24,111 nt of DNA from Fibrobacterota bacterium (GCA_043753995.1 JAYUVP010000078.1:1-24111); one strand, 5' to 3'; positions 1 to 9,032 are shown, counted from the stretch's first letter. A program made the numbers and translations. The notes: generated by a model from the letters alone, not told the origin.

Positions 1-1
1 A

Positions 2-580
2 ATCCTATCGCGCGGTCCCAATGTCATGCGGGGTTATTGGGGAAAACCTGAAGAAACAGCCAAGGTGGTAGACAATCAGGGCTGGTTGCATACGGGTGAC
101 TTGGGGCATATTGATAATGAAAAATTTCTCAAGATCACGGGACGCAAAAAGGAGCTTTTCAAAACGGCCAATGGTAAATACGTGGCTCCGGTACCCATTG
201 AGCAAGCCTTAACCAGCAATAAGTTGGTGGATATGGCCATGGTCATCGCGGAAGGCCGACCCTATACGACGGCCTTGCTTTTCCCTGATTTTGAAAACAT
301 CAAAGTACTCAAGGCGGACATGGGCATGGCCGAACTTGACAATATGTCCTTCCTCAAAAGTGAAGCCGTCCGGGCCGAGATCCAGGAAACGGTCAACTCC
401 GTGAATGGAAAGCTGAACCATTGGGAGCAGGTGCAGCGCTGGGTTTTAGCGACCCAGCCCATCACGGTGGATTCGGGTCAACTCACACCCACCATGAAAA
501 TTCGCCGACATGTCGTGATGGAAACATTTAAAGCTTCCGTCACCGAGCTTTATCAAGGCGGGAATTCCGCGGTAGGCTGA
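2..580 (+). CDS. fadD: Long-chain fatty acid--CoA ligase (AMP-dependent synthetase), 5'-partial
   Basis: Frame open from base 2 (ILSRGPNVMRGYW). Motifs GWLHTGDLG, ITGRKKELFKTANGKYVAP and LTPTMKIRR are typical of FadD15/COG1022 ligases. Lies upstream of fadN-fadA. Confidence 0.88.
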   Translation: MLSRGPNVMRGYWGKPEETAKVVDNQGWLHTGDLGHIDNEKFLKITGRKKELFKTANGKYVAPVPIEQALTSNKLVDMAMVIAEGRPYTTALLFPDFENIKVLKADMGMAELDNMSFLKSEAVRAEIQETVNSVNGKLNHWEQVQRWVLATQPITVDSGQLTPTMKIRRHVVMETFKASVTELYQGGNSAVG

Positions 581-593
581 GGCCTTAAATCTT

Positions 594-633
594 TAAACCG
601 GTTTCCTCATGTCCATGGGATGGGTAAACCGGT
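594..633. promoter_or_regulatory. Intergenic inverted/direct repeat between fadD and fadN (hairpin or operator pair)
   Basis: ACCGGTTT (597-604) pairs with AAACCGGT (626-633) around an imperfect inner stem. TAAACCGGT is directly repeated at 594 and 625. AAACCGGTTT (595-604) is itself palindromic. Confidence 0.45.
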
Positions 634-687
634 ATTGCATTGGTTCCCCTCGCCGAAGTACAATCAAAAGGCAGGGAGGCTTTATTC

Positions 688-3021
688 ATGAGACCCATTA
701 AGAGTGCCACCGTCATCGGCAGCGGAATCATGGGATCCCAAATCGCGGCGCATTTGGCTGGCTGCGGCATCCCCGTCCTTCTTCTTGATGTGCCCGCTGA
801 GGGCAAGAATCGAAATGCCATTGCCGACAAAGGCAAGGATGGGCTCAAAAAAATTAAGCCTTCCCCTCTTTATTCCAATGAGGCATTGTCCCTCATTCGC
901 ACCGGCAATACCTCGGATCATATTGCCGATGCCGGTCAAACCGACCTCATTCTCGAAGCCATTATCGAGCAAGCCGGACCCAAAATCGAATTATTCAAGC
1001 GATTGCAACCCTTATTGGGCGAGCATACGATTTTGGCAACCAATACCTCGGGTATTCCCCTTAAAATTCTCAGTCGCGACCTCGATCACTCTTTGCAAGA
1101 GCGATTCATTGGTATGCACTTCTTCAATCCTCCGCGCTATTTGCGTTTAGTGGAAGTCATCAAAGGGCCGCAAACCTCGAAAGACACCGTCGATCGGGTC
1201 AATCATCTTCTTTCCGATGTGCTGGGTAAGGTGGCCGTACCGGCCTTGGATTCACCGGCTTTCATCGCCAATCGCATCGGTGTGCATGCCATGGTGGCGA
1301 CCTTGCAAATTGCCCAAGAAATGGGGCTTACCATTGAAGAAGTCGACGGCCTGACGGGTCCATTGCTAGGCCGCCCCAAAACGGCAACCTTTAAATTGGC
1401 CGACCTGGTCGGGCTCGACACCCTTTCGCATATCGTGAAGAATTTACAGGAAAGTTTTCCGAGTGAAATTTTCAAGGTCGATCCGATTTTGGAAAAACTG
1501 ATTGCCGCCAAGGCTTTGGGGCGAAAGAGTGGCGCGGGTTTTTATCGCAAATCCAAAGAAGGCATGGACGTTCTCGATCTCAAAACCGGGCAATACCGGC
1601 CCGAAACCAAGGCACGCTTCGAAGAATTGAAGGACGTGGTCAAGGAAGAAATATTCGAACGTAAGATGAAAAAGCTCGTGGCCGCCGAGGGGCGTGGCGC
1701 CGAAGCCGCCAGGCGGTTGCTGGCAACAACCTTGGCTTATGCCGCCCAAGTCGGACCTTCTATTGCCGATTCACTCGACTATGTCGATGAAGCCATGGAA
1801 TTGGGTTTCGGTTGGGATGTCGGGCCTTTTAAAATATTGGATGCCCTTGGCGTCGAGGCTTTCCAAGCCATCTGTGAGAAGCATCGCATCGCCTATCCCA
1901 CCTGGATTCTGGGCGAGGCTGAGGGGGAAAGCCGGGTCTATGGAGCTTCGGAAAAAGGCTTCAGCATTAAGACCGCCCCGGTCGGCGGCGAAGGCAAGCC
2001 CGGGCGAAAGGAATTAAAGCCTCGCGGCTTCACTCTGAGTTTGCATCGAAGCTTGCACAAGCCGGTTTATACCACATCCGATGCCACCCTTTGGGACATG
2101 GGTGATAAAGTGCTATTGCTCGAATTCCATTCTAAAATGAATTCCATGGGGCCTATTAGCCTCGACATGATTACGCGTTCGATTGAGACCGCATCGAATG
2201 GCTGGGCTGGCTTGGTTATTGGCAATCAAGGGCAAAATTTTTGTGCCGGCGCTAATATCGCCTTTGTCCTGCTTGATGCGGCCAATGGCGAGTTCGAAAA
2301 TATCGATGCTGCGGTGAAAAAATTTCAAGCTGCGAGCATGGCCATCAAGTATGCCTCGGTACCTGTAGTGGTTTCGCCTCACAATATGGCGCTGGGAGGA
2401 GGCTGCGAATTCGTAATACACAGCAATCGCGCCGTGCTTTCTCCGGACACCTATTTGGGCTTGGTGGAAGTTGGGGTAGGCCTTTTGCCAGCTGGCGCGG
2501 GCACCAAGGAATTGACCTTGCGTGCCATGGATAAAAATCAACCCGGCATTCCCCTGGTGCGTTTGGCGAAGGCCTTTGAGGCCATAGCCACAGCCAAGGT
2601 TTCCACCTCGGCGCGAGAGGCCTTTGAAATCGGTTACCTCGACAAGCGCGCCGTCATTGCCACCAGCGAAACTACGAGGCTCGATCAAGCCAAGGCCGAA
2701 GTGTTGGCCATGAGCCGGGCAGGTTACCGGCCTCCGGCTCCCGCCAAGGCCATTGAAGTGCTGGGCACCGAGGCCATGGCCGCTTTCGAGACTGCCTTAT
2801 TCTTGATGAAAGAAGGTGGTTATGCTAGCGAGCATGATGTTTTCATCAGCAAATCCATAGCGCGCATTATGTCCGGCGGACGCGTGACGCCCGGTACTAT
2901 AGTGGATGAAGAATATTTGCTCGAATTGGAACGGGAAGAGTTTTTGAAACTCGTTGCCACCAAGAAAACGCAAGAGCGCATCGAATTCATGCTTAAAAAG
3001 GGCAAACCCCTGCGCAACTAG
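688..3021 (+). CDS. fadN: 3-hydroxyacyl-CoA dehydrogenase / enoyl-CoA hydratase (FadN type, dehydrogenase N-terminal)
   Basis: VIGSGIMG Rossmann motif, ATNTSG, GMHFFNPP; C-terminal crotonase motifs GGGCE and LVEVGVGLLPAGAG. Start set at ATG 688 after GGGAGG SD instead of TTG 640. Confidence 0.93.
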   Translation: MRPIKSATVIGSGIMGSQIAAHLAGCGIPVLLLDVPAEGKNRNAIADKGKDGLKKIKPSPLYSNEALSLIRTGNTSDHIADAGQTDLILEAIIEQAGPKIELFKRLQPLLGEHTILATNTSGIPLKILSRDLDHSLQERFIGMHFFNPPRYLRLVEVIKGPQTSKDTVDRVNHLLSDVLGKVAVPALDSPAFIANRIGVHAMVATLQIAQEMGLTIEEVDGLTGPLLGRPKTATFKLADLVGLDTLSHIVKNLQESFPSEIFKVDPILEKLIAAKALGRKSGAGFYRKSKEGMDVLDLKTGQYRPETKARFEELKDVVKEEIFERKMKKLVAAEGRGAEAARRLLATTLAYAAQVGPSIADSLDYVDEAMELGFGWDVGPFKILDALGVEAFQAICEKHRIAYPTWILGEAEGESRVYGASEKGFSIKTAPVGGEGKPGRKELKPRGFTLSLHRSLHKPVYTTSDATLWDMGDKVLLLEFHSKMNSMGPISLDMITRSIETASNGWAGLVIGNQGQNFCAGANIAFVLLDAANGEFENIDAAVKKFQAASMAIKYASVPVVVSPHNMALGGGCEFVIHSNRAVLSPDTYLGLVEVGVGLLPAGAGTKELTLRAMDKNQPGIPLVRLAKAFEAIATAKVSTSAREAFEIGYLDKRAVIATSETTRLDQAKAEVLAMSRAGYRPPAPAKAIEVLGTEAMAAFETALFLMKEGGYASEHDVFISKSIARIMSGGRVTPGTIVDEEYLLELEREEFLKLVATKKTQERIEFMLKKGKPLRN

Positions 3022-3030
3022 GAGGATACC

Positions 3031-4209
3031 ATGAGCGAAGCCGTTATCGTCGCTGGGGCAAGAACCCCGGTGGGGAAGGGAGGCAAGGGTTCCTTTGCGC
3101 ATGTGCGGTCCGATACCCTCGCCGCGCTGACCGTAACTGAAACCCTGAAGCGCGCGCCTGGCATCCAGGCGGGCGACATCGACGATTTGATTCTGGGCTG
3201 CGCTATGCCTGAGGCTGAGCAAGGCATGAATGTAGCGCGCCTAGTGGTCTTTGAAGCGGGCTTGCCGGAAACCGTACCCGCCTTGACCGTGAATCGCTAT
3301 TGCAGTTCCGGCCTGCAGTCACTCGCTTATGCCAATGATCGCATTCTCCTGGGCGATGCTAAGGCCATATTGGCGGGCGGTCTCGAAAGCATGTCCATGA
3401 TACCTATGGGTGGGCACAAAATCGCGCCGAACCCCGACTTGGTGGCCGTGCGACCCGAAGCCTATTTCAATATGGGCCTCACCGCGGAGCGCGTTGCCGA
3501 AAAATATGGCGTGTCACGTCAAGATCAAGATGCTTTCAGTTTGTCTTCTCATCAAAAGGCCATAGCCGCTATTCAAGCGGGCCGTTTTGCCGATGAATCG
3601 ATAACGGTTTCCTGGACCGATGTTTCGGTGGATTCGCATCGCAAGGAAAAATCGACGCCGCGGTCCTTGGCTGTCGACGAAGGCCCACGCGCGGACACGA
3701 CACTCGAAGCCTTGAGTGGCTTGAAGCCCGCGTTCAAAGTCAACGGCACGGTGACGGCGGGAAATAGTTCCCAGGTTTCCGACGGGGCAGCAACCTTGCT
3801 GGTCACATCGCGTGAATTCGCCAAGGAAAGAGGCCTCAAGCCCATGGGCCGCCTTATTAAATACGCAGTGGTTGGCTTAGCTCCCGAAATCATGGGCATG
3901 GGTCCTGCCCTGGCCATACCCGCTGTATTGAAAATGGCGGGTTTGACCCTCGACCAAATCGATTTATTTGAAATCAATGAGGCTTTCGCTTCCCAATCTC
4001 TCGCTTGTGTACGTGAGTTGAAAATCGATGCCAACAAGGTCAATGTCAATGGAGGCGCCATCGCCCTGGGGCATCCGCTCGGATGCACGGGTGCGAAATT
4101 AAGTTTGACTCTTTTGCATGAACTTAAACGGCGTGGCGGTAAATATGGCGTGGTCTCCATGTGCATTGGCGGCGGCATGGGTGCCGCAGGGGTATTCGAA
4201 GCTTTTTAA
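3031..4209 (+). CDS. fadA: Acetyl-CoA C-acyltransferase (3-ketoacyl-CoA thiolase)
   Basis: NRYCSSGLQ active Cys, INEAFA, GGAIALGHPLG, MCIGGGMG; AGGAGG SD. Confidence 0.96.
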   Translation: MSEAVIVAGARTPVGKGGKGSFAHVRSDTLAALTVTETLKRAPGIQAGDIDDLILGCAMPEAEQGMNVARLVVFEAGLPETVPALTVNRYCSSGLQSLAYANDRILLGDAKAILAGGLESMSMIPMGGHKIAPNPDLVAVRPEAYFNMGLTAERVAEKYGVSRQDQDAFSLSSHQKAIAAIQAGRFADESITVSWTDVSVDSHRKEKSTPRSLAVDEGPRADTTLEALSGLKPAFKVNGTVTAGNSSQVSDGAATLLVTSREFAKERGLKPMGRLIKYAVVGLAPEIMGMGPALAIPAVLKMAGLTLDQIDLFEINEAFASQSLACVRELKIDANKVNVNGGAIALGHPLGCTGAKLSLTLLHELKRRGGKYGVVSMCIGGGMGAAGVFEAF

Positions 4210-5401
4210 GGCATTGCTTTTTTCAGCCATCGGGTGGATGGTGGCTGAAAAAGTTTGCGCCGCAACTACCTGGGCACCTAATAGCGAACACTTTCGATAT
4301 ACTGGACGCTTTGATTTCAGCGATCCCTTAAAACCTCGATTTGATTGGCCAGCCACGAGCATCGAAGTGGCTTTTACCGGTGCTTCGGCGACGATTTTAA
4401 TCAGCGGCGGAGACAACAATTTCGATATCTTCATCGACGGCGTAAAAAAAGACACCTTGGTTTTGCGCAGTAATGTCACCTCCTATGCAATCACCGGCCT
4501 AGGTGCCGGGGCGCATCAATTGCGGCTTTCCAAGCGCACCGAGGCCATTTATGGTCCTGCCGTCTTTGCTGGCTTAACGGTCGAGGACAATCAGGGTGAA
4601 GCCTCCTTGCCTGCCAAGCCTACGGCGAAAATTCTCTTCATTGGCGATTCCTTTACCGCAGGCTATGGCGATGAAGCCAAAATCTTGAGCTGCGGAGAAA
4701 GACGTCCCTATGACAATGCCAATCTCGCTTATGGGCCATTGACGGCCAGGGCCTTGAATGCGGATTTTCAAGTCATCGCCATATCGGGCAAAGGCATGGT
4801 TCACAATTATGGCGATACCAAACCTATTTCCGACGAGCCTATGCCATTGTATTTCGATCGAATCCTATATGCTAAGCCTGCCGGTAAGTGGGATTTCCCC
4901 TCTTGGATTCCGGATATTGTGGTCGTCGCTTTGGGGACTAATGATTTCAGTACCCAAGTCAAACCCAGCCTTGAGCAATACACGAGCGCGTATCAGGCCT
5001 TTTACGCCATCTTGCGTCTGCATTATCCCAATGCCCAATTGATTGGCTTGACCTATGCCGTAGATACCTTTCAGCCGGCTTATGTCGATACCCTGGTGAA
5101 AAGATGGACAGCCAAGGGCGATACCAAGGTGAAACAAGTGCGCCTGCCTTCCTTAGCCACCGCCGATCTCGGCTGTGATTATCATCCCAATGTTTCCGGG
5201 CAGCAAAAATACGCGGAAGTTCTAATTCCGGTCATTCGCCCAATGCTGCCTTCAAACGAAATACGCCAATCGCTTTTCCCCAAACAAAAAGAGCGGCGGT
5301 TAAACCGTCGCTCTTGGGTCGAAGCAAATCGCGACGGGCTAGGCCGTTCTCGCCTTGGGCTCAACCGGATAGTGCATTATACAGAGTTTCTTCGAGAGTG
5401 A
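4181..5401 (+). CDS. Secreted SGNH/GDSL hydrolase, carbohydrate esterase family CE2-like (acetylxylan/acetylmannan esterase)
   Basis: Signal peptide ending VCA|ATTW; N-terminal jelly-roll (YTGRF, DWPAT, LSKRTEA); FIGDSFTAGYG, LGTNDF, GCDYHP. Start uncertain (GTG 4181 or TTG 4214). Confidence 0.85.
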   Translation: MPQGYSKLFKALLFSAIGWMVAEKVCAATTWAPNSEHFRYTGRFDFSDPLKPRFDWPATSIEVAFTGASATILISGGDNNFDIFIDGVKKDTLVLRSNVTSYAITGLGAGAHQLRLSKRTEAIYGPAVFAGLTVEDNQGEASLPAKPTAKILFIGDSFTAGYGDEAKILSCGERRPYDNANLAYGPLTARALNADFQVIAISGKGMVHNYGDTKPISDEPMPLYFDRILYAKPAGKWDFPSWIPDIVVVALGTNDFSTQVKPSLEQYTSAYQAFYAILRLHYPNAQLIGLTYAVDTFQPAYVDTLVKRWTAKGDTKVKQVRLPSLATADLGCDYHPNVSGQQKYAEVLIPVIRPMLPSNEIRQSLFPKQKERRLNRRSWVEANRDGLGRSRLGLNRIVHYTEFLRE

Positions 5402-6221
5402 AATAAATCTGGAATTTCAAGGAAGGCACGTCGAAGGTGGTGAAAGGCGCGGGCCCACTTTCGCCTTTGATGGGATAGTTTATGGTCAATTCGCTGCTGA
5501 TGATTTTGTTCAACGTATAGTTGATACCGGGCATAAGCGAAAACAGATATCGCGAACCGCTGATGGATTCATCCGCGACGACATTGTTGAAGTAGACGTC
5601 ATAATTGAGGCCTAAATAAAGCCCCAAATATTGCTTGCGTTTCACCAAGGCTTGAACAGGAATCGGATATTCTGGTTTGACGAAGACATGAATTTGGTCT
5701 TCCTTGGTATTGTCCTCGTTGACGGTATTATAGGTGTAGGAGGCATTGCTTAAGAGTCTGAATTGGGGCATATCCAGGCCATAGAGCGCGCCGAAAAGTA
5801 TGGAGGCATAATTGCCCGATTCCATGATTTCAGTAAAACCAATAGGTAGGCTGATGCCGAGAAAGCCGCCTACATGGTGGGTGGGATGGGCGTATTTCAG
5901 CGCCAGCAAGGGCCGATCGAAACCCGCATGGCCGGCGGTATTTTGACCTATATAGTTGATGCCTAGCGAAGCTTCGAGCCCATCGACCATGCCGAATTTG
6001 CCCTGCAGGGGAATGGCGAGAGGATTTTTTTCCGCTTCATCGGTCACAGCCTCCCCCTCTCGATCGAAATATCCGTTCTGGCTACCGCGTTCCATGCCGA
6101 TGTCGATTTCCATGACGCGTGGCGCCAAGGGTAAATATTCATCTAGGGCGAAGACTGAGGTTGCGGCTGCCAGAGCGCTGATGCCCAAGCGGGCGGCAAG
6201 GTAAGGCTTTTTCAAAGCCAT
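5361..6221 (-). CDS. Exported protein, probable outer-membrane beta-barrel/channel of unknown function
   Basis: Signal peptide (..AAATSVFA|LDEYLP); many alternating aromatic/hydrophobic strands (LGINYI, LSNASYTY, LYLGLNYDVY, PGINYTL, LKFQIYF); AAGGAG SD upstream on - strand. Confidence 0.65.
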   Translation of the reverse strand: MALKKPYLAARLGISALAAATSVFALDEYLPLAPRVMEIDIGMERGSQNGYFDREGEAVTDEAEKNPLAIPLQGKFGMVDGLEASLGINYIGQNTAGHAGFDRPLLALKYAHPTHHVGGFLGISLPIGFTEIMESGNYASILFGALYGLDMPQFRLLSNASYTYNTVNEDNTKEDQIHVFVKPEYPIPVQALVKRKQYLGLYLGLNYDVYFNNVVADESISGSRYLFSLMPGINYTLNKIISSELTINYPIKGESGPAPFTTFDVPSLKFQIYFTLEETLYNALSG

Positions 6222-6269
6222 TGCATTCTCCTTATCAAAAACCTGAAGCTATTAAACTCTTTTTCCATG

Positions 6270-6285
6270 GTCGATTGCAATCGAC
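6270..6285. promoter_or_regulatory. Perfect 16-bp palindrome in divergent promoter region (candidate operator)
   Basis: GTCGATTG|CAATCGAC between the barrel gene (-) and the Rrf2 gene (+). Confidence 0.55.
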
Positions 6286-6309
6286 GCCGGGGTTATATTG
6301 CTAACCGGC

Positions 6310-6807
6310 ATGAAGTTTACACGAAAAACCGACTATGCCTTGCGCACCATGCAGTTTTTGGCTCGCAGGCAAGGAGCGGCATTGTCCGGCAAGGGAGAGC
6401 TTGCGCCCGTGGCTGTTCAGGCCATTGCCGAAAGCTCGCACCTTTCTATTCGATTTTTGCATGGCATCGTCTCCAAGCTAAGCAAGGCGGGTTTGTTGAA
6501 GACCTTGCCAGGCCCAAAGGGCGGAATTGCCTTGGCCAAGGCTCCAGAACAAATTTCAGTTTTAGCCATCATAGAAGCCGTCGAAGGTCGCATCAGCTTA
6601 ATGGAATGCCTGGAGCATCCCCATCATTGTGGTGATGCCAAATCTTGCTCTATCATGAGTGTTTTGCATGGAGCCCAGGCGGCCCTGATTCATAGCCTGC
6701 AGTCGAGCAATTTGAAATTGATGGTAGGAGCCAAAAGCGACCCTTTTCATCCGCTTCCTGAAACCCATTTTTTAAAGCCCAAGTTCGGCTGTCCTGTGCT
6801 AAAGTGA
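6310..6807 (+). CDS. Rrf2 family transcriptional regulator with three Fe-S-type cysteines
   Basis: MKFTRKTDYALR, wHTH with GPKGG, IIEAVEG, C-x6-C-x5-C (CLEHPHHCGDAKSC). ATG 6310. Confidence 0.92.
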   Translation: MKFTRKTDYALRTMQFLARRQGAALSGKGELAPVAVQAIAESSHLSIRFLHGIVSKLSKAGLLKTLPGPKGGIALAKAPEQISVLAIIEAVEGRISLMECLEHPHHCGDAKSCSIMSVLHGAQAALIHSLQSSNLKLMVGAKSDPFHPLPETHFLKPKFGCPVLK

Positions 6808-6873
6808 CCCTCAAGGCTGTTTGACACAAAATTCCATGGCTTTTTGAGGGAAATCGATTGCGATACCCCCGCA

Positions 6874-6901
6874 TTGTGAGCATTTTTAGCCCCTTTAGCT
6901 T
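6874..6901 (+). promoter_or_regulatory. Possible sigma70 promoter for sucCD-mdh
   Basis: TTGTGA-N16-TAGCTT about 30 nt upstream of the sucC ATG; moderate match only. Confidence 0.35.
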
Positions 6902-6930
6902 TATAGAACCCTGGTGGATGAGGACTTTCC

Positions 6931-8097
6931 ATGAAATTGCATGAGTATCAGGGCAAAGCCCTGTTGCGAGCCGCCGGGCTACCGGTACCTCGTGGCGAAG
7001 TGGTCTTGCGCGCCGAAGACGTGAAACCGGCCTTGGCCAAATTGAATTTTACCAGCGGAGTCGCCAAGGCCCAGGCCTTTACTGGCGGGCGCGGCAAAGC
7101 TGGCGGCATCAAGCTGTTCAAAAACGTGGACGAAGCCGAGGCAGCCACCAAACTTTTGGTTGGGATGACTCTTGTCACCAAGCAAACGGGTCCTGAAGGC
7201 GTCAAAATCGAATCGGTTTTGCTCGAAGAAGCCTCGACCATTGCCAAGGAATTGTATGTGGCCGTGACCTTGGATAGAGGCAAGGCCAATATCGTTTTCA
7301 TCCTGTCGCCCGAAGGCGGCATGGACATCGAAGAAATTGCCGAAAAATCCCCGGAGAAAATTCTCAAGCTCTATCCGGAATGGGGCAAACCCCTGAGCGC
7401 AGAATTTTGCAAACAGGGCGCGGCCTTTTTGGGCCTCACCGGCGGCCTTGAAGCGGAATTCGCCAAGGTGGCGCAAGGCCTCTATGAGATTTATCTGCAG
7501 CGCGACTGCAGCATTCTCGAAATCAATCCCCTGGTGATCAATGGCGCAGGACATTTGTCCTTACTCGATGCCAAGGTCATTCTCGATGAGAATGCCCATT
7601 ACCGCCAGACTTCCGCGGGAGGGGATCCCGATGCCGACAAGGACCCGTCTGAAATCGAAGCGGCCAAATTTGGTCTTTCCTATATCAAACTCGATGGCAA
7701 TATCGGTTGTTTGGTGAATGGCGCCGGACTTGCCATGGCGACCATGGACATCATCGCTCATCACGGTGCCCAGCCGGCCAACTTCCTCGACGTGGGCGGA
7801 TCGGCGTCCGAAGAAGCGGTGACCAAGGCATTTGAAATCATCACCAGCGATAAAAATGTAAAGGCCATTCTGGTCAATATTTTCGGCGGCATCATGCCAT
7901 GCGATCGCATCGCGCGCGGCATCATCAATGCGGTGAATGCCACGGGACTCAAGGTTCCCCTGGTCGTGCGCCTTGAAGGCACCAATGTGAATGAGGGCAA
8001 AGCCCTGGTGCAAGGCAGCGGACTCAATATCATTAGCGCCACCGATCTCGAAGACGGCGCGCGTAAGGCCGCCCAAGTGGTAAAGGCTCAAGCCTGA
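6931..8097 (+). CDS. sucC: Succinyl-CoA synthetase beta subunit
   Basis: MKLHEYQGK, GGRGKAGG, EGGMDIEE, EINPL, NGAGLAMATMD, ANFLDVGG, VRLEGTN. Confidence 0.98.
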   Translation: MKLHEYQGKALLRAAGLPVPRGEVVLRAEDVKPALAKLNFTSGVAKAQAFTGGRGKAGGIKLFKNVDEAEAATKLLVGMTLVTKQTGPEGVKIESVLLEEASTIAKELYVAVTLDRGKANIVFILSPEGGMDIEEIAEKSPEKILKLYPEWGKPLSAEFCKQGAAFLGLTGGLEAEFAKVAQGLYEIYLQRDCSILEINPLVINGAGHLSLLDAKVILDENAHYRQTSAGGDPDADKDPSEIEAAKFGLSYIKLDGNIGCLVNGAGLAMATMDIIAHHGAQPANFLDVGGSASEEAVTKAFEIITSDKNVKAILVNIFGGIMPCDRIARGIINAVNATGLKVPLVVRLEGTNVNEGKALVQGSGLNIISATDLEDGARKAAQVVKAQA

Positions 8098-8115
8098 GGG
8101 CTGAAGGAAAAGCAA

Positions 8116-9000
8116 ATGGCCATACTCATTGACGCGAATACCCGCCTGATCACTCAAGGCATCACCGGCAAGGCCGGTCTTTTTCACTCGCAAAAATGCC
8201 GTGATTACGGCACCCAGGTCGTCGGCGGCGTGACTCCCAAAAAAGGCGGTACCGAAGTCGACGGTTTCCCGGTCTTCAATACCGTAGCCGATGCAGTCAA
8301 AGCCACCGGCGCGAATTGCACCATGATTTTCGTACCCGCTCCTTATGCGGCCGATGCCATCATTGAGGCCGCCGATGGCGGCATTCCCTTGATAGTCGCC
8401 ATCACCGAAGGCATACCCGTCATCGACATGTTACGGGTGCATAATTACCTCAAGGGCAAACCAGTGACCTTGATCGGTCCCAATTGCCCGGGACTTGTCA
8501 CAGCGGGCGTTTGCAAGGTCGGCATCGCACCCGGCTTCATACACAAAGCCGGCAAAATCGGCATTGTCAGCCGCTCGGGTACCCTGACCTATGAAGCCGT
8601 GCATCAAACCACTCTGGCTGGCCTCGGCCAAACCACCGCGGTGGGCATTGGCGGCGATCCCATCCATGGCCTCAATCACCTCGACGTGGTGAAAATGCTG
8701 AATGAGGATCCCGCGACCGAGGGCATTATTCTCATCGGTGAAATCGGTGGCAGCGACGAAGAAATGGCCGCCGAATTCATTAAGAACAATGTCAAGAAAC
8801 CCGTGGTCGGTTTCATTGCCGGCGCCTCGGCCCCCAAGGGCAAGCGCATGGGACATGCTGGTGCCATCATCGATGGTAATACCGGTGGAGCCGCAGCTAA
8901 AAAAGACGCGCTACGCGCCGCTGGAGTCATCGTCGCGGAAACCGCTGCCGAAATCGGAGCTAAAATGCTGGCTGCCATGAAGGCCGCTGGTAAGGCTTAA
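8116..9000 (+). CDS. sucD: Succinyl-CoA synthetase alpha subunit
   Basis: [35 protein letters not shown] (phospho-His). Confidence 0.98.
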   Translation: MAILIDANTRLITQGITGKAGLFHSQKCRDYGTQVVGGVTPKKGGTEVDGFPVFNTVADAVKATGANCTMIFVPAPYAADAIIEAADGGIPLIVAITEGIPVIDMLRVHNYLKGKPVTLIGPNCPGLVTAGVCKVGIAPGFIHKAGKIGIVSRSGTLTYEAVHQTTLAGLGQTTAVGIGGDPIHGLNHLDVVKMLNEDPATEGIILIGEIGGSDEEMAAEFIKNNVKKPVVGFIAGASAPKGKRMGHAGAIIDGNTGGAAAKKDALRAAGVIVAETAAEIGAKMLAAMKAAGKA

Positions 9001-9032
9001 TTACACTAACAGATTAGCCGAAAAGGAAAGCT

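Noticed and set aside
6821..6850. Perfect TTGACA -35 box upstream of sucC
   Set aside because: No acceptable -10 hexamer at 16-18 bp spacing.
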